Positions 18,543-27,731 of a DNA stretch of 64,000 nt are shown piece by piece (the first letter of the stretch is position 1; every line of letters starts with the position of its first letter). The position numbers and the translations under genes are program-made. Source of the DNA: Candidatus Altimarinota bacterium (GTDB lineage: Bacteria; Patescibacteriota; Gracilibacteria; CAIRYL01); contig OZ252287.1 in assembly GCA_965250085.1 (NCBI GenBank), positions 960,001 through 1,024,000 of the forward strand, written 5' to 3'. A model generated the notes under the pieces. The model did no database searches. It had not been told where the DNA came from and saw only the letters and a program-made list of their open reading frames with translations.

Positions 18543-18839
18543 CGGTGATAAATGAAGAGCTGTATACGCAGTGATTCAGGCGAGGAATCTTTCGATTTTG
18601 CCTTGCAGGTGGCCAAACGGTCACAAGAAGAGTTTGCCCTTTGACATCACAAGAGAGACAGATACACCTGTCTTGAAACGGAAGAAGCACTTGGAGAAGC
18701 TTGTAAGAACTGTGTGCAATACGGTTTCTTGTAGAAAAATATGTATTCCCTGAATTACAAATGCAAGTGGGGGTCCGCCTTAGGCGGATCAAGAAGGCCT
18801 GCTTGTAGGTATTATTTTTATTCTTTTATTTTTTTATTT
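18543..18839 (+). ncRNA. Candidate structured 5' leader / cis-regulatory RNA upstream of the S-layer gene
   Basis: GC-richer than flanks; at least 5 local hairpins plus long-range helix GTGATTCAG(18571-79)/CTGAATTAC(18750-58); no known Rfam family recognised by eye. Confidence 0.55.
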
Positions 18840-21800
18840 ATGAGTACACTCAAAAGATTATTTGCGGGTGTTGCTGGTATAGCCATCCTTATGGCTGCTT
18901 TGTCATTCTCTGTATTTGCATACGATGACACCGCAGGACACTGGGGAGAAGACTATATTAACGACCTTGCAGATCTTGGGATTGTAGATGGTTCAAAAAC
19001 CAACTATTTCCCAGATCAAAATCTAACACGAGCCGAACTCACCAAGATGGCTGTAGAAGCTTGTCTTGGAGGTATCGACTCAGATGTGCTTCCTGATACT
19101 CCAACATTTAGTGACCTTGATGGTCATTGGAGTGAGGATTATGTAGAAACTGCATACGCATATGACGTAGTAGGAGGTTATGACGATGGAGCATTCCTTC
19201 CAGAAAACCCTATTACTCGTGCAGAAACAGTAAAAATCCTTTCAGAAGCATGTCAAACACCAACTGACCTTGACCCCAGTTCACCATTTGGTGATGTCGG
19301 AGCAGGAGATTGGTTTCACGACTATGTTGTCAGTGCAACCAATCACTGTATCGTACATGGTATGGGTGGAGCATCTGACGTGTTTGCCCCAAATAACCCT
19401 ATGACCCGAGCAGAAGTTGCTAAAGTAGTGTCCAACACTATGAGAGTAGCTGATGGCGAAGATATTTGTGGAGTAGTAGCACTTCCTGGAGATCAGGACG
19501 GTGATGGTGTAGCGGATGCTGACGATAACTGTCCAGACGATGCTAACGCTGATCAAGCAGATGCTGATAGTGATGGAACAGGAGATGCCTGTGAAGCCGG
19601 ACCTACCGCTTCTGATGGAACGGTAGAAGTTAGCCTGAATGCTGATAGTCCAGGAGAAACAACTATTCCTAAAGGAGGATTCAATATTCCTTTTATGTAT
19701 GTTGATATTACCGCTGGTCCGGGAGAAGACGTGGAATGTACTAATTTCATTGTTTCCCGATCAGGACTTGGTGATGAGGCTGATATTGACAAGGTAAAAA
19801 TCTTTGAAGGATTCACTCAGCGTGGATCTGATAGAGGATTTACTTCTGACGAAGAAATTGCCGCTCTCAATCTCAATGCTGATCCGGTTATGATTCCAGC
19901 GGGCAGTACTACCCGAATAGGAGTACTGGCAGATATTGATGCAGGTGCCATTGCACAAGGAGAGCACATGTTCTCTTTTGACCTTTCAAGCGACGTTCTC
20001 TGTTTTGGGGCTGATACTGGTGGACCAGTACCGGTTACGGGAGATTTCCCGATCATGAGTGAAACCATGGCTATTGGTTCTGTTGCCGTTGGAACTCTGG
20101 ACTTTGAGTTCAAAACCGTTGCCGATGACGAAATTGAAGTCGGGGACACTAGTTCTGAACTGTGCCGCGTACAAGTAGAAGCTGGAGCAGCAGAAGATGT
20201 TCTTCTGCGGGCAGTAACTCTTGAATTTGACGGACTCAATGACGGAGAACTGGTAAATCTATTCCTGAGCCATCAAGGAGAAGCTATCTCTGATGTAGTT
20301 GATTCAACTAGCAACGAGGAAGCAACCTTTGATTTGACAGGTCTTCCTGATGGAGGATTCTTCTTTGAAGATGGAGACAGCAGAGTGCTCCGATGCTTTG
20401 GAGATGTTGTCGGTGGTGTAGATGACACTTTGAACGTTGCATTTGATGACGTTCAGAATGATGTTGTTGCCACTGGTCTTCGATTTGGATTTGGAGTAAC
20501 CGTGACCGAATCAGGTCTTCTTGCTGGAGATCCTATTGATATCCTCGGAGGTGACATCACTTTTGCGATAGATTCTACTATCCGTGATGTGGCGACCGAT
20601 ACTGACCAGGTCAGTTTTGGAACTCTTACGATCAGTAACCTTGGTGAAGCGGTAGAATTCCAGGATGGAATGACGCTTTTCCTTGATACTCTTGGTATAG
20701 TTGGAGGTGATGCTGTTGCAGCGGCTTCCTTTACTGATATCAAGTTGACAGACGTTGAGTCAGGAGCCACTATTTTGGGTCCAGATGATCTTGTTGATGG
20801 TGGTGGTGCCAATGATGTTTCTGTTATATTCAGCGATGAATTTGTAATGGAAACAAACGAAACCCTCGTTCTTGATATCATTGGTGATATTGAAGACGCT
20901 GGCTTTGGACTCCTTGAAGGAGACGAATTCTTCTTCACACTCGATATGGATACTGTCATGGTAGAAGGAATTGAATCTGGTGATAATTCTGGTGGAGGTG
21001 GTGGTGCATTCGGACCACATGAGATTACTCCTATTGGAGATCCAACCACTCAGACATACACTATTGAAGATCCAACTCTTACCGTCAGTATTCAGTCTGA
21101 ATCTGATGATATCTATGTTGCGAAAGCGGATGATAAACTTCTATGGAACGGTACTGTCCGCGCTAATAGCGTAGAAGACCTGATTATACGGAGTATTAGC
21201 TTTGACAACACTGGAACATCAGTTGACGCAGATGTGGATCAATTCTCTCTCTATACCGTAGATGGTGCTACGAGCACTCTTCAGGAAACTGGTGAAGACC
21301 TCTCCGGAGGAACTCTCACGTTCTCTGAACTCGATTCAGATGGTTCTGCTGGTATCCTTGTTGGTGCCGGAGAAGAACTCGGACTTGAGATCCACGGTGA
21401 CATTGCTTCTACCCTCAGTGGTCTAGGAGTTACTGTCATCCTTGAAGTAGGTGCAGCTATCGATGCTGAGGTTGAAGATGATGAGGGAGATGAAGCAGCA
21501 GTAGACGGTACCTTTACCGTTACTGGTGCGACCTATACTCTCATCGATTCTGGTGTGCTTGACGTAAGCATTAAGGCAAACGAAACACCAGATTCTATGG
21601 CCTTCTCAGCTGAGGGTTCTGACACCTGGTATGATGTTGGTGTCTTTGAATTTGAAGCAGATGACGAAGATGTCAAAGTTGCTGAAATGACCGTTGATAT
21701 TGTAGGCGTTTCATTTGACATTGGAGGCAGTGGTGGCGATGACAGTTATGACTGTGATGGTGTACCAACTTCTCCTCCGGATGACATCACCTGTTATCCA

Positions 21801-22712
21801 GATGCAATTGATGCATTGGCTCTCTTTTATGACGACGGAACACCAGTTCTGAAGGACGGAGGAGCTGCTGCTGAAACCAGCGACGTTGCTGATGGAACTG
21901 CCCTCTTTGAAGACCTGGACTTTCTTGTCGCAGCTGATCAAGACATGCTTATGTTTGTGAGAGCGCGACTCAACGAAGTATCTGATAGTCAACCAGGACG
22001 AAGTGGTATGACATTTGCTGTCAATCTCTCATTTGACGACACAACAGATGAAAGCCAGATACAGGGTGAAGAATCCGGTTCTGAGCTTACTGTTGGTGGT
22101 GGAGAACTCACTGTAGATGGCGCTGGCTTTGATACTCTTGCCGGAGACACTATGTTTGTCTTCCGCCAACGTGTTACCGCAGAACTTTCTGGTAGTCAGA
22201 CGACTACTCTTTCTGCAGGGACACGAGAAGGTCTGAAGTTTGACGTCATCGCTACTGGTGGCGAAGAAGCATACCTCAAAGAAATAGATGTCAATGTTGC
22301 GACATCAGGTGCTGATTTGGGAGTATGTGAACTGTACCTGAAAGATGGATCTGACATCCTTGCTGATGTCGACACAGGAGCCGCTCTTGTTGGAGATATC
22401 CTCCTGACAGTTGGTACTTGTGCCAACGGTCCTTGTGCTCCATCTGAGCCAACCCGTCATGTAGTTGATACCGGTGGAGACACCTTTACACTTGAGGCAG
22501 TTATCGAAAATGCAGCTTGTGCTGGAGTACCTGTCTTTGGTGATAATGACGACCTTACTTTCGAGCTTGATGTCAACGGAACCCTTCCAGGATTCGATGA
22601 TATCCTCTGGGAAGATTATGGTACTGACGGTACTGACGGAGCTTTGGTCCGATGGATTGACCTTGGTGAAGACGATGAGTCTACCACTAAGGTAACCAAT
22701 ACTCTTGAGTAA
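18840..22712 (+). CDS. Major S-layer-like protein: signal peptide, three SLH domains, thrombospondin type-3 Ca-binding repeat, acidic Ig-like beta domains (1290 aa)
   Basis: True start MSTLKR at 18840; SLH motifs (FPDQNLTRAE, FLPENPITRAE, FAPNNPMTRAE); DQDGDGVADADDNCPDDANADQAD.DSDGTGDAC; very D/E-rich. Confidence 0.88.
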   Translation: MSTLKRLFAGVAGIAILMAALSFSVFAYDDTAGHWGEDYINDLADLGIVDGSKTNYFPDQNLTRAELTKMAVEACLGGIDSDVLPDTPTFSDLDGHWSEDYVETAYAYDVVGGYDDGAFLPENPITRAETVKILSEACQTPTDLDPSSPFGDVGAGDWFHDYVVSATNHCIVHGMGGASDVFAPNNPMTRAEVAKVVSNTMRVADGEDICGVVALPGDQDGDGVADADDNCPDDANADQADADSDGTGDACEAGPTASDGTVEVSLNADSPGETTIPKGGFNIPFMYVDITAGPGEDVECTNFIVSRSGLGDEADIDKVKIFEGFTQRGSDRGFTSDEEIAALNLNADPVMIPAGSTTRIGVLADIDAGAIAQGEHMFSFDLSSDVLCFGADTGGPVPVTGDFPIMSETMAIGSVAVGTLDFEFKTVADDEIEVGDTSSELCRVQVEAGAAEDVLLRAVTLEFDGLNDGELVNLFLSHQGEAISDVVDSTSNEEATFDLTGLPDGGFFFEDGDSRVLRCFGDVVGGVDDTLNVAFDDVQNDVVATGLRFGFGVTVTESGLLAGDPIDILGGDITFAIDSTIRDVATDTDQVSFGTLTISNLGEAVEFQDGMTLFLDTLGIVGGDAVAAASFTDIKLTDVESGATILGPDDLVDGGGANDVSVIFSDEFVMETNETLVLDIIGDIEDAGFGLLEGDEFFFTLDMDTVMVEGIESGDNSGGGGGAFGPHEITPIGDPTTQTYTIEDPTLTVSIQSESDDIYVAKADDKLLWNGTVRANSVEDLIIRSISFDNTGTSVDADVDQFSLYTVDGATSTLQETGEDLSGGTLTFSELDSDGSAGILVGAGEELGLEIHGDIASTLSGLGVTVILEVGAAIDAEVEDDEGDEAAVDGTFTVTGATYTLIDSGVLDVSIKANETPDSMAFSAEGSDTWYDVGVFEFEADDEDVKVAEMTVDIVGVSFDIGGSGGDDSYDCDGVPTSPPDDITCYPDAIDALALFYDDGTPVLKDGGAAAETSDVADGTALFEDLDFLVAADQDMLMFVRARLNEVSDSQPGRSGMTFAVNLSFDDTTDESQIQGEESGSELTVGGGELTVDGAGFDTLAGDTMFVFRQRVTAELSGSQTTTLSAGTREGLKFDVIATGGEEAYLKEIDVNVATSGADLGVCELYLKDGSDILADVDTGAALVGDILLTVGTCANGPCAPSEPTRHVVDTGGDTFTLEAVIENAACAGVPVFGDNDDLTFELDVNGTLPGFDDILWEDYGTDGTDGALVRWIDLGEDDESTTKVTNTLE

Positions 22713-22730
22713 AATAACTCTATGAGTAGT

Positions 22731-22771
22731 ACTGAGAATGAGTCCTTCCCTTTTGGAAGACTCTTCTCAGT
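22731..22771 (+). other. 3' stem-loop after the S-layer gene (possible mRNA stabiliser)
   Basis: ACTGAGAA-tGAGTCcTTCC...GGAAGACTC-TTCTCAGT. Confidence 0.55.
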
Positions 22772-22833
22772 TTAGGACCTTCATCTTTCTCGTTGATCTT
22801 CCTTCAGATCATTTAAGATACCAAAAACTAGAG

Positions 22834-22866
22834 ACCCCTTGATCATCCCTGATCAGGGGGTTTTTT
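22834..22866 (+). terminator. Rho-independent terminator
   Basis: ACCCCTTGATCA-tccc-TGATCAGGGGGT followed by T-tract. Confidence 0.8.
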
Positions 22867-22878
22867 GGGGTAAGGGGT

Positions 22879-22972
22879 GAATTACGAATGTACAAATTAT
22901 CCACCTTCGTCCCGCATTGCGGGACTGCCTGCCTGTCGGCAGATACGGTGGCGGACAGGCGAATTACGAATG
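22879..22972. repeat. Nested REP-like palindromes flanked by direct repeat GAATTACGAATG
   Basis: GTCCCGC-att-GCGGGAC and CTGCC-tgtc-GGCAG inside CCACC...GGTGG; GAATTACGAATG at both ends. Confidence 0.65.
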
Positions 22973-23293
22973 AGAAAAGGAATCATCAAGACCTTCTTCC
23001 CTTAACAAGGGGAGATAAGAGAGGGTTTTCTTTGCTGGCTTTCTGCCCGTCGGAGTCCTTTTCAAGAGATTCCAGCGGGAAGGAATTGAGAGAGCTTTAA
23101 ACCCACCTAACCTCCCTCCCTTTGGGCAATGGAGGGACAAAACGACACTGGTGACAAGTACTTAATTGCAATCAACTTAAAGTTTTTTTCATTCAACATT
23201 TAGAATTCATCATTTCTTCCTCCAGCTTGAAATTCGTAATTTGTCATTCGTAATTCGTAATTTTTTTGTTCTGCTGAACTCTTTACTGTTTGT

Positions 23294-24589
23294 CTATGGA
23301 AGCATCTTCCCATCTCTCATTTTCTCCTCCCCTCCCACAAACACCCGCTCCACCTTTCCCTGCAGCTCCATGCCTTCAAAGACACTATTGCCGCCTTTTG
23401 TTTCCATGTCATCAACCCGCACCGTCCATTGTTTCTGCAGATCAAAGATAGCAATATCGGCATCAGCACCGAGAGAAAGTGTTCCTTTGGGAATATCAAT
23501 CACTTTCGCGGGAAATGTAGTCATTTTTGCAATCACATCTTTGAGTTCTAAGAGCCCTTTTTGCACCAAAGAGGTATATCCCAGCGCAAAACTGGTTTCG
23601 AGTCCCACAGAGCCCCAAGCGGCCTCCTGAAAAGTAATCTCCTTTTCTTCCTTTGTATGAGGAGCGTGATCAGTACTGATAATGGAGAGGGTTCCATCCT
23701 GCAAGCCTTCAATCACTGCCTGACGGTGACTTTCAGACCTGATGGGCGGATACATCTTGCCGTAGGTGTTCATTCCATCGCATATCTCATCCGTCAGGCA
23801 GAAATACTGCGGACAGGTTTCTGCTGTGACCTGAACTCCTCGTTGTAATGCTTCCCGAACATATTGAATTGCTTGTTTTGTGGAAACATGGAGAAGGTGA
23901 AGCTTTACTCCTGCTTCTTCGGCAACTGCAATATTTTGTCGCACCGCTTCATCTTCTGCTTCTGCCGGCACTCCTTTCAGGTTCAATTTTTGTGAAATGT
24001 TTCCTTGGTGCACCACTCCGCCATCGGAAAGATCTTTTGCTTCCGAATGAGGCATGACCACCAGATCGAGTTCCTTTGCTTTTATCATCGCTTTTCTCAG
24101 GAGATCTTTGTTCTGCACATCGCTCCCATCATCGGTGATACCCACTATTCCGGACTGTTTCATATTCTCCATGTCTGCCAGTTCTTCACCGTTTTGCCCC
24201 TTAGTGATGGCTCCAGCCACAAACAGATTTCCCAAATGGAGATCCTTTGCTTTTTTGAGTTGGTATTCCACTGTTTTGCCTGCATCAGTCACCGGATCGG
24301 TATTAGGCATGGTAACCACTGAAGTCACTCCTCCAGCAAGAGCAGATTTGAGACCCGTTTCAATCGTTTCTTTTTCTGGAAATCCCGGATCACGAAAGTG
24401 TACCTGCAGATCAATAAGCCCTGGCACCACGAGTTTTTCACTTACATCAATGCATTCACACTCTGATGAAACATCTTGTTTCACTCCCACGTGGATAATC
24501 TTGCCATCTTTGACAATGACATCACCCACCATGTCGATATTGTTGGCAGGATCAATGATATGGCCATTGGTGAGAACGAAGTCATGCAT
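23294..24589 (-). CDS. pyrC: Dihydroorotase (type I)
   Basis: PGLIDLQVHFRDPG, AGGVTSVVTMPNT, LHVST, MYPPIR, STDHAPH, GADADI; start at MHDFVL. Confidence 0.93.
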   Translation of the reverse strand: MHDFVLTNGHIIDPANNIDMVGDVIVKDGKIIHVGVKQDVSSECECIDVSEKLVVPGLIDLQVHFRDPGFPEKETIETGLKSALAGGVTSVVTMPNTDPVTDAGKTVEYQLKKAKDLHLGNLFVAGAITKGQNGEELADMENMKQSGIVGITDDGSDVQNKDLLRKAMIKAKELDLVVMPHSEAKDLSDGGVVHQGNISQKLNLKGVPAEAEDEAVRQNIAVAEEAGVKLHLLHVSTKQAIQYVREALQRGVQVTAETCPQYFCLTDEICDGMNTYGKMYPPIRSESHRQAVIEGLQDGTLSIISTDHAPHTKEEKEITFQEAAWGSVGLETSFALGYTSLVQKGLLELKDVIAKMTTFPAKVIDIPKGTLSLGADADIAIFDLQKQWTVRVDDMETKGGNSVFEGMELQGKVERVFVGGEEKMRDGKMLP

Positions 24590-24745
24590 GTACAATTTTT
24601 AATTTTGTAATTTTTGTATCCTTCTGAAAGATTCTTCGGCTTATGTTTCACCGTATTGCTGTACACTCAGATATATCATGAAGTAATTGAAGCCTCAGAA
24701 TGACGGAGAATTAAAAATGAAGCATTAAAAATTTCAAAAATCTTT

Positions 24746-25720
24746 TTAAGATTTTTGCTTCCCATCTTTTCTATCACAGGCAAGCCAGAGAAGCGCCTTT
24801 CGGACAGCAAGCCCATTTTCTACTTGCCTGAGGACTCGATTTCTCTCATGATCCATCAGTCCATCGGCAATATCCCGATTTCGAACAACAGGACCAGCAT
24901 GCATCAAAATTGCTGTATCTTTTGCTTTGGCAAACCGATCAGCAGTCATGCAATATTTCTGAGCGTACTCTTTCATACTGCCAAAATCAGCAGACTTTCC
25001 TCGTTCGGTTTGTACTCGAAGCGCATACACAGCATCACTACCTAGTAAGGCATCTTCAACAGTTTCAAAGTGTTTCACTGGCAATGAATCGATGCTTTCT
25101 GGAAGAAAGATCTCAGGACAACTCACTCTGATCTCAGCGCCCAAGCGAGGCAATATTTTTACCAAAGAGCCAAATACTCGTGAATGACTCACATCTCCTA
25201 CAATGGTCACAGTTCTTCCTTCCAGACCTCCAAATTCATCCAGCATTGTACGCGTATCTAGGAGAGCTTGTGATGGATGCTCATTGCCCCCATCTCCCGC
25301 ATTCAAAATTGCTGGGGAGACTTCTTTACAAAGTGGCTTCAATACTCCTGATTCTGCGATTCGGATGACCAGTGCGCTTGGTTGCAAGGCGGCAAGTGTT
25401 TGAGCTGTATCAAGCAGGCTTTCTCCTTTTTTCACAGAGGATCCCACCGCTGAAATGTTGGTTACATCGGCACCCAAATGTTTCCCTGCCAGTTCAAAGC
25501 TGGCTCTGGTACGAGTTGAATTTTCATAAAACAGATTTATTACTGTTTTTCCGCTCAGCAGTGGAATTTTTGCAGAGCCACTTTTCCGAAAGATGTTTGC
25601 CAGCTCAAAAATTAAGGCAATGTCATCATCAGCCAGGTCATCAATTGATACAATATCAAAAACAGAAAGATCACGACCTGCGCGAGCTTTTTCCAATGTT
25701 TCTTTCCAGTTTGTAGACAT
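24746..25720 (-). CDS. pyrB: Aspartate carbamoyltransferase catalytic subunit
   Basis: FYENSTRTRASFE, KGESLLDT, NAGDGGNEHPSQALLD, HSRV, RVQTER, MHAGP; start at MSTNWK. Confidence 0.95.
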   Translation of the reverse strand: MSTNWKETLEKARAGRDLSVFDIVSIDDLADDDIALIFELANIFRKSGSAKIPLLSGKTVINLFYENSTRTRASFELAGKHLGADVTNISAVGSSVKKGESLLDTAQTLAALQPSALVIRIAESGVLKPLCKEVSPAILNAGDGGNEHPSQALLDTRTMLDEFGGLEGRTVTIVGDVSHSRVFGSLVKILPRLGAEIRVSCPEIFLPESIDSLPVKHFETVEDALLGSDAVYALRVQTERGKSADFGSMKEYAQKYCMTADRFAKAKDTAILMHAGPVVRNRDIADGLMDHERNRVLRQVENGLAVRKALLWLACDRKDGKQKS

Positions 25721-25895
25721 GGTGCAAAGAGGTTTTTTGCTACACAAATGGTAGCGCAAAGGGGGGGATTTGGGGAAGAGGAAATGAAGGATCTTCTTTT
25801 TGAAGCCAAAAAGAAGCAATCCGCCACAGGCGGACTCCTGTGGAAAAACAGAAAAAAAATAAATAAAATCCAATCCAATTAAATTCAATTTTCTT

Positions 25896-26951
25896 CTATG
25901 CTATGTATTCAAAAATTTCTGCGAAGGTAATTTTTCCATTCAAGAACTTTTGCACCGCTTCTGTATTTTTCTGACACAGTTCTGCACATGCTTGTTCTCC
26001 TCTTTTCAGCGCTTTCCGAGCTAACTGGAGAGATGGGAATCGTCCTTCATCTGGCAAAAACAAGTGTCCAATTTGGTCTAGAGAATCCATTTTGTGCAGA
26101 TATCCAGATGATTTTTTTCCTTCAAAAAGAGCATATTTTGCAAATATTTTCATGTCAGGAGGCGCACGGTGTGCCCAAAGACTCCCATTCTCAAATTCAA
26201 CTGCTGCATGCAGCCTTCCCTCTGGATGAATCACCACTTCTATTTTTTCTTGCGATATTCCAAAAAGCCTTACGAGTGAGATAATTTCAAATGCTTTGTT
26301 CATAAGTGTTGCCGAATCTATGCTGATTTTTGGCCCCATATTCCATACGGGGTGTTGAAGAGCTTGATGAGGTTCAACAGTTTTTAGTTTTGTATCTGGC
26401 CACTGTTTCGCATCAACAAATGGTCCTCCGGAACAAGGAAGATATACTTTTTTTATTTTTTTCCGAGGATTTTTTTGGAGAATCTCCCACAAGGCCGTTT
26501 GCTCTGAATCCAAAGGATAGACAGGAATATTATTTTTTTGAGAGAGTCGCATCAATTTCTCTCCTGCCATCACTAAAGACTCCTTATTCGCCAATATGAG
26601 CTTCTTTTTTTTCTTGAGGACCAACAAACTGGAGTCTACACCAGTAATATCGGCAAGAGCATTAACCACAATATGAGACGTGTGCACATCAATGATTTCT
26701 TCATATCCATTTTTACCGCTCACAACTTTTGTATGAGGATATTTTTGGGAAATCATTTTTGCAATTTCCACATTGAAGACATGAGCACATTCAGGAGAAA
26801 ATTCAGAGATGATATTTTCTAGTTTCTTTGGATCTGACCCATATGCAGAGAGTGCTCGAAGTTTCAAATTGCTTGGAAATTCTCGGAGTACCTTCAAAAC
26901 AGAGCTCCCGATAGACCCAGTAGCACCCAAAAGAGTAATGGAAGTAGGCAT
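25896..26951 (-). CDS. dxr: 1-deoxy-D-xylulose-5-phosphate reductoisomerase (divergent)
   Basis: LGATGSIG, LANKESLV, DSE, SGGPF, HPVWNMGPKISIDSATLMNK..E, PDM. Confidence 0.9.
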   Translation of the reverse strand: MPTSITLLGATGSIGSSVLKVLREFPSNLKLRALSAYGSDPKKLENIISEFSPECAHVFNVEIAKMISQKYPHTKVVSGKNGYEEIIDVHTSHIVVNALADITGVDSSLLVLKKKKKLILANKESLVMAGEKLMRLSQKNNIPVYPLDSEQTALWEILQKNPRKKIKKVYLPCSGGPFVDAKQWPDTKLKTVEPHQALQHPVWNMGPKISIDSATLMNKAFEIISLVRLFGISQEKIEVVIHPEGRLHAAVEFENGSLWAHRAPPDMKIFAKYALFEGKKSSGYLHKMDSLDQIGHLFLPDEGRFPSLQLARKALKRGEQACAELCQKNTEAVQKFLNGKITFAEIFEYIA

Positions 26952-27078
26952 TTATATGAAAAAGCGCATCTCGTATAATGTACAGTCCTCAATTGCGAAT
27001 GACAAATGAGACAATTTTGCAGTTTTGCAGAGAGCTTTTCATTTGTATTGGGAGATGATACAATACAAAGAAGGGTGT

Positions 27079-27106
27079 TTGACAAAGATGCCCTTGAGAA
27101 TATAAT
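27079..27106 (+). promoter_or_regulatory. Sigma70 promoter TTGACA-N16-TATAAT
   Basis: Both consensus hexamers; places the true start of the next gene at 27129. Confidence 0.7.
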
Positions 27107-27128
27107 ACGCACCTCTTTTAAGAAAAAA

Positions 27129-27674
27129 ATGAAGACTCTTCCTCAGAAGGATGAACAAGCGGCAGACCAGGTACAAAGCAAAGGTTCTCCTGAAGGACTC
27201 AATATGAAAAAAATTGAATCTCATACAGCTGAAAATGTGGTAACAGTAGAGGCCACTTCTGGAGCGAGTGAAATACTCGCAGGAATGGAGGGAAGCGAAA
27301 TAAATGAAAAGGATCATTCGATTTCTGAAAAAAAATCAAATACATCTCAGGCATCTTCTGCTTCCTCCAAAAAAAATGAAGATGCAATTCGATCTCATTT
27401 GAGCAAAGGAGTTCTTCTTCCTACACAAAAGATAATGGTGCGAAAAGTAAAAACTGCTCTCCATCACGAAGTTAAGCAGGTACACAAGCAGGTCAAAAAA
27501 CTCAAACGAAACTCAATACGTTTTGCTCACGAGCTCGCAAAGGCTTTTCAAAAGCTCAAAACGCTCAAATATCTTCTTAAAAATATTACAACCTTTGCAC
27601 TAGATTTTGTGCAAATGCTTTTTGAGAAAGTCCAAAAGAATGAATCTTTGGCGCAGGTCACCATTTCAGAATAA
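27129..27674 (+). CDS. Hypothetical protein (disordered N-half, basic helical C-half)
   Basis: In-frame ATG at 27129 downstream of promoter; S/E/K-rich N-half. Confidence 0.7.
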   Translation: MKTLPQKDEQAADQVQSKGSPEGLNMKKIESHTAENVVTVEATSGASEILAGMEGSEINEKDHSISEKKSNTSQASSASSKKNEDAIRSHLSKGVLLPTQKIMVRKVKTALHHEVKQVHKQVKKLKRNSIRFAHELAKAFQKLKTLKYLLKNITTFALDFVQMLFEKVQKNESLAQVTISE

Positions 27675-27731
27675 AAGTATTTGCAATGATATAGATGGAG
27701 CATCACAATGAGTTCACTCTTTTTGGTGTAC

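Noticed and set aside
18741-18839. N-terminal extension of the S-layer ORF and short ORFs 18505..18792 and 18571..18753
   Set aside because: They overlap the structured leader; the signal peptide begins at Met 18840
22888-23100. 70-aa ORF after the S-layer terminator
   Set aside because: Composed of palindromic repeat units; no protein-like features
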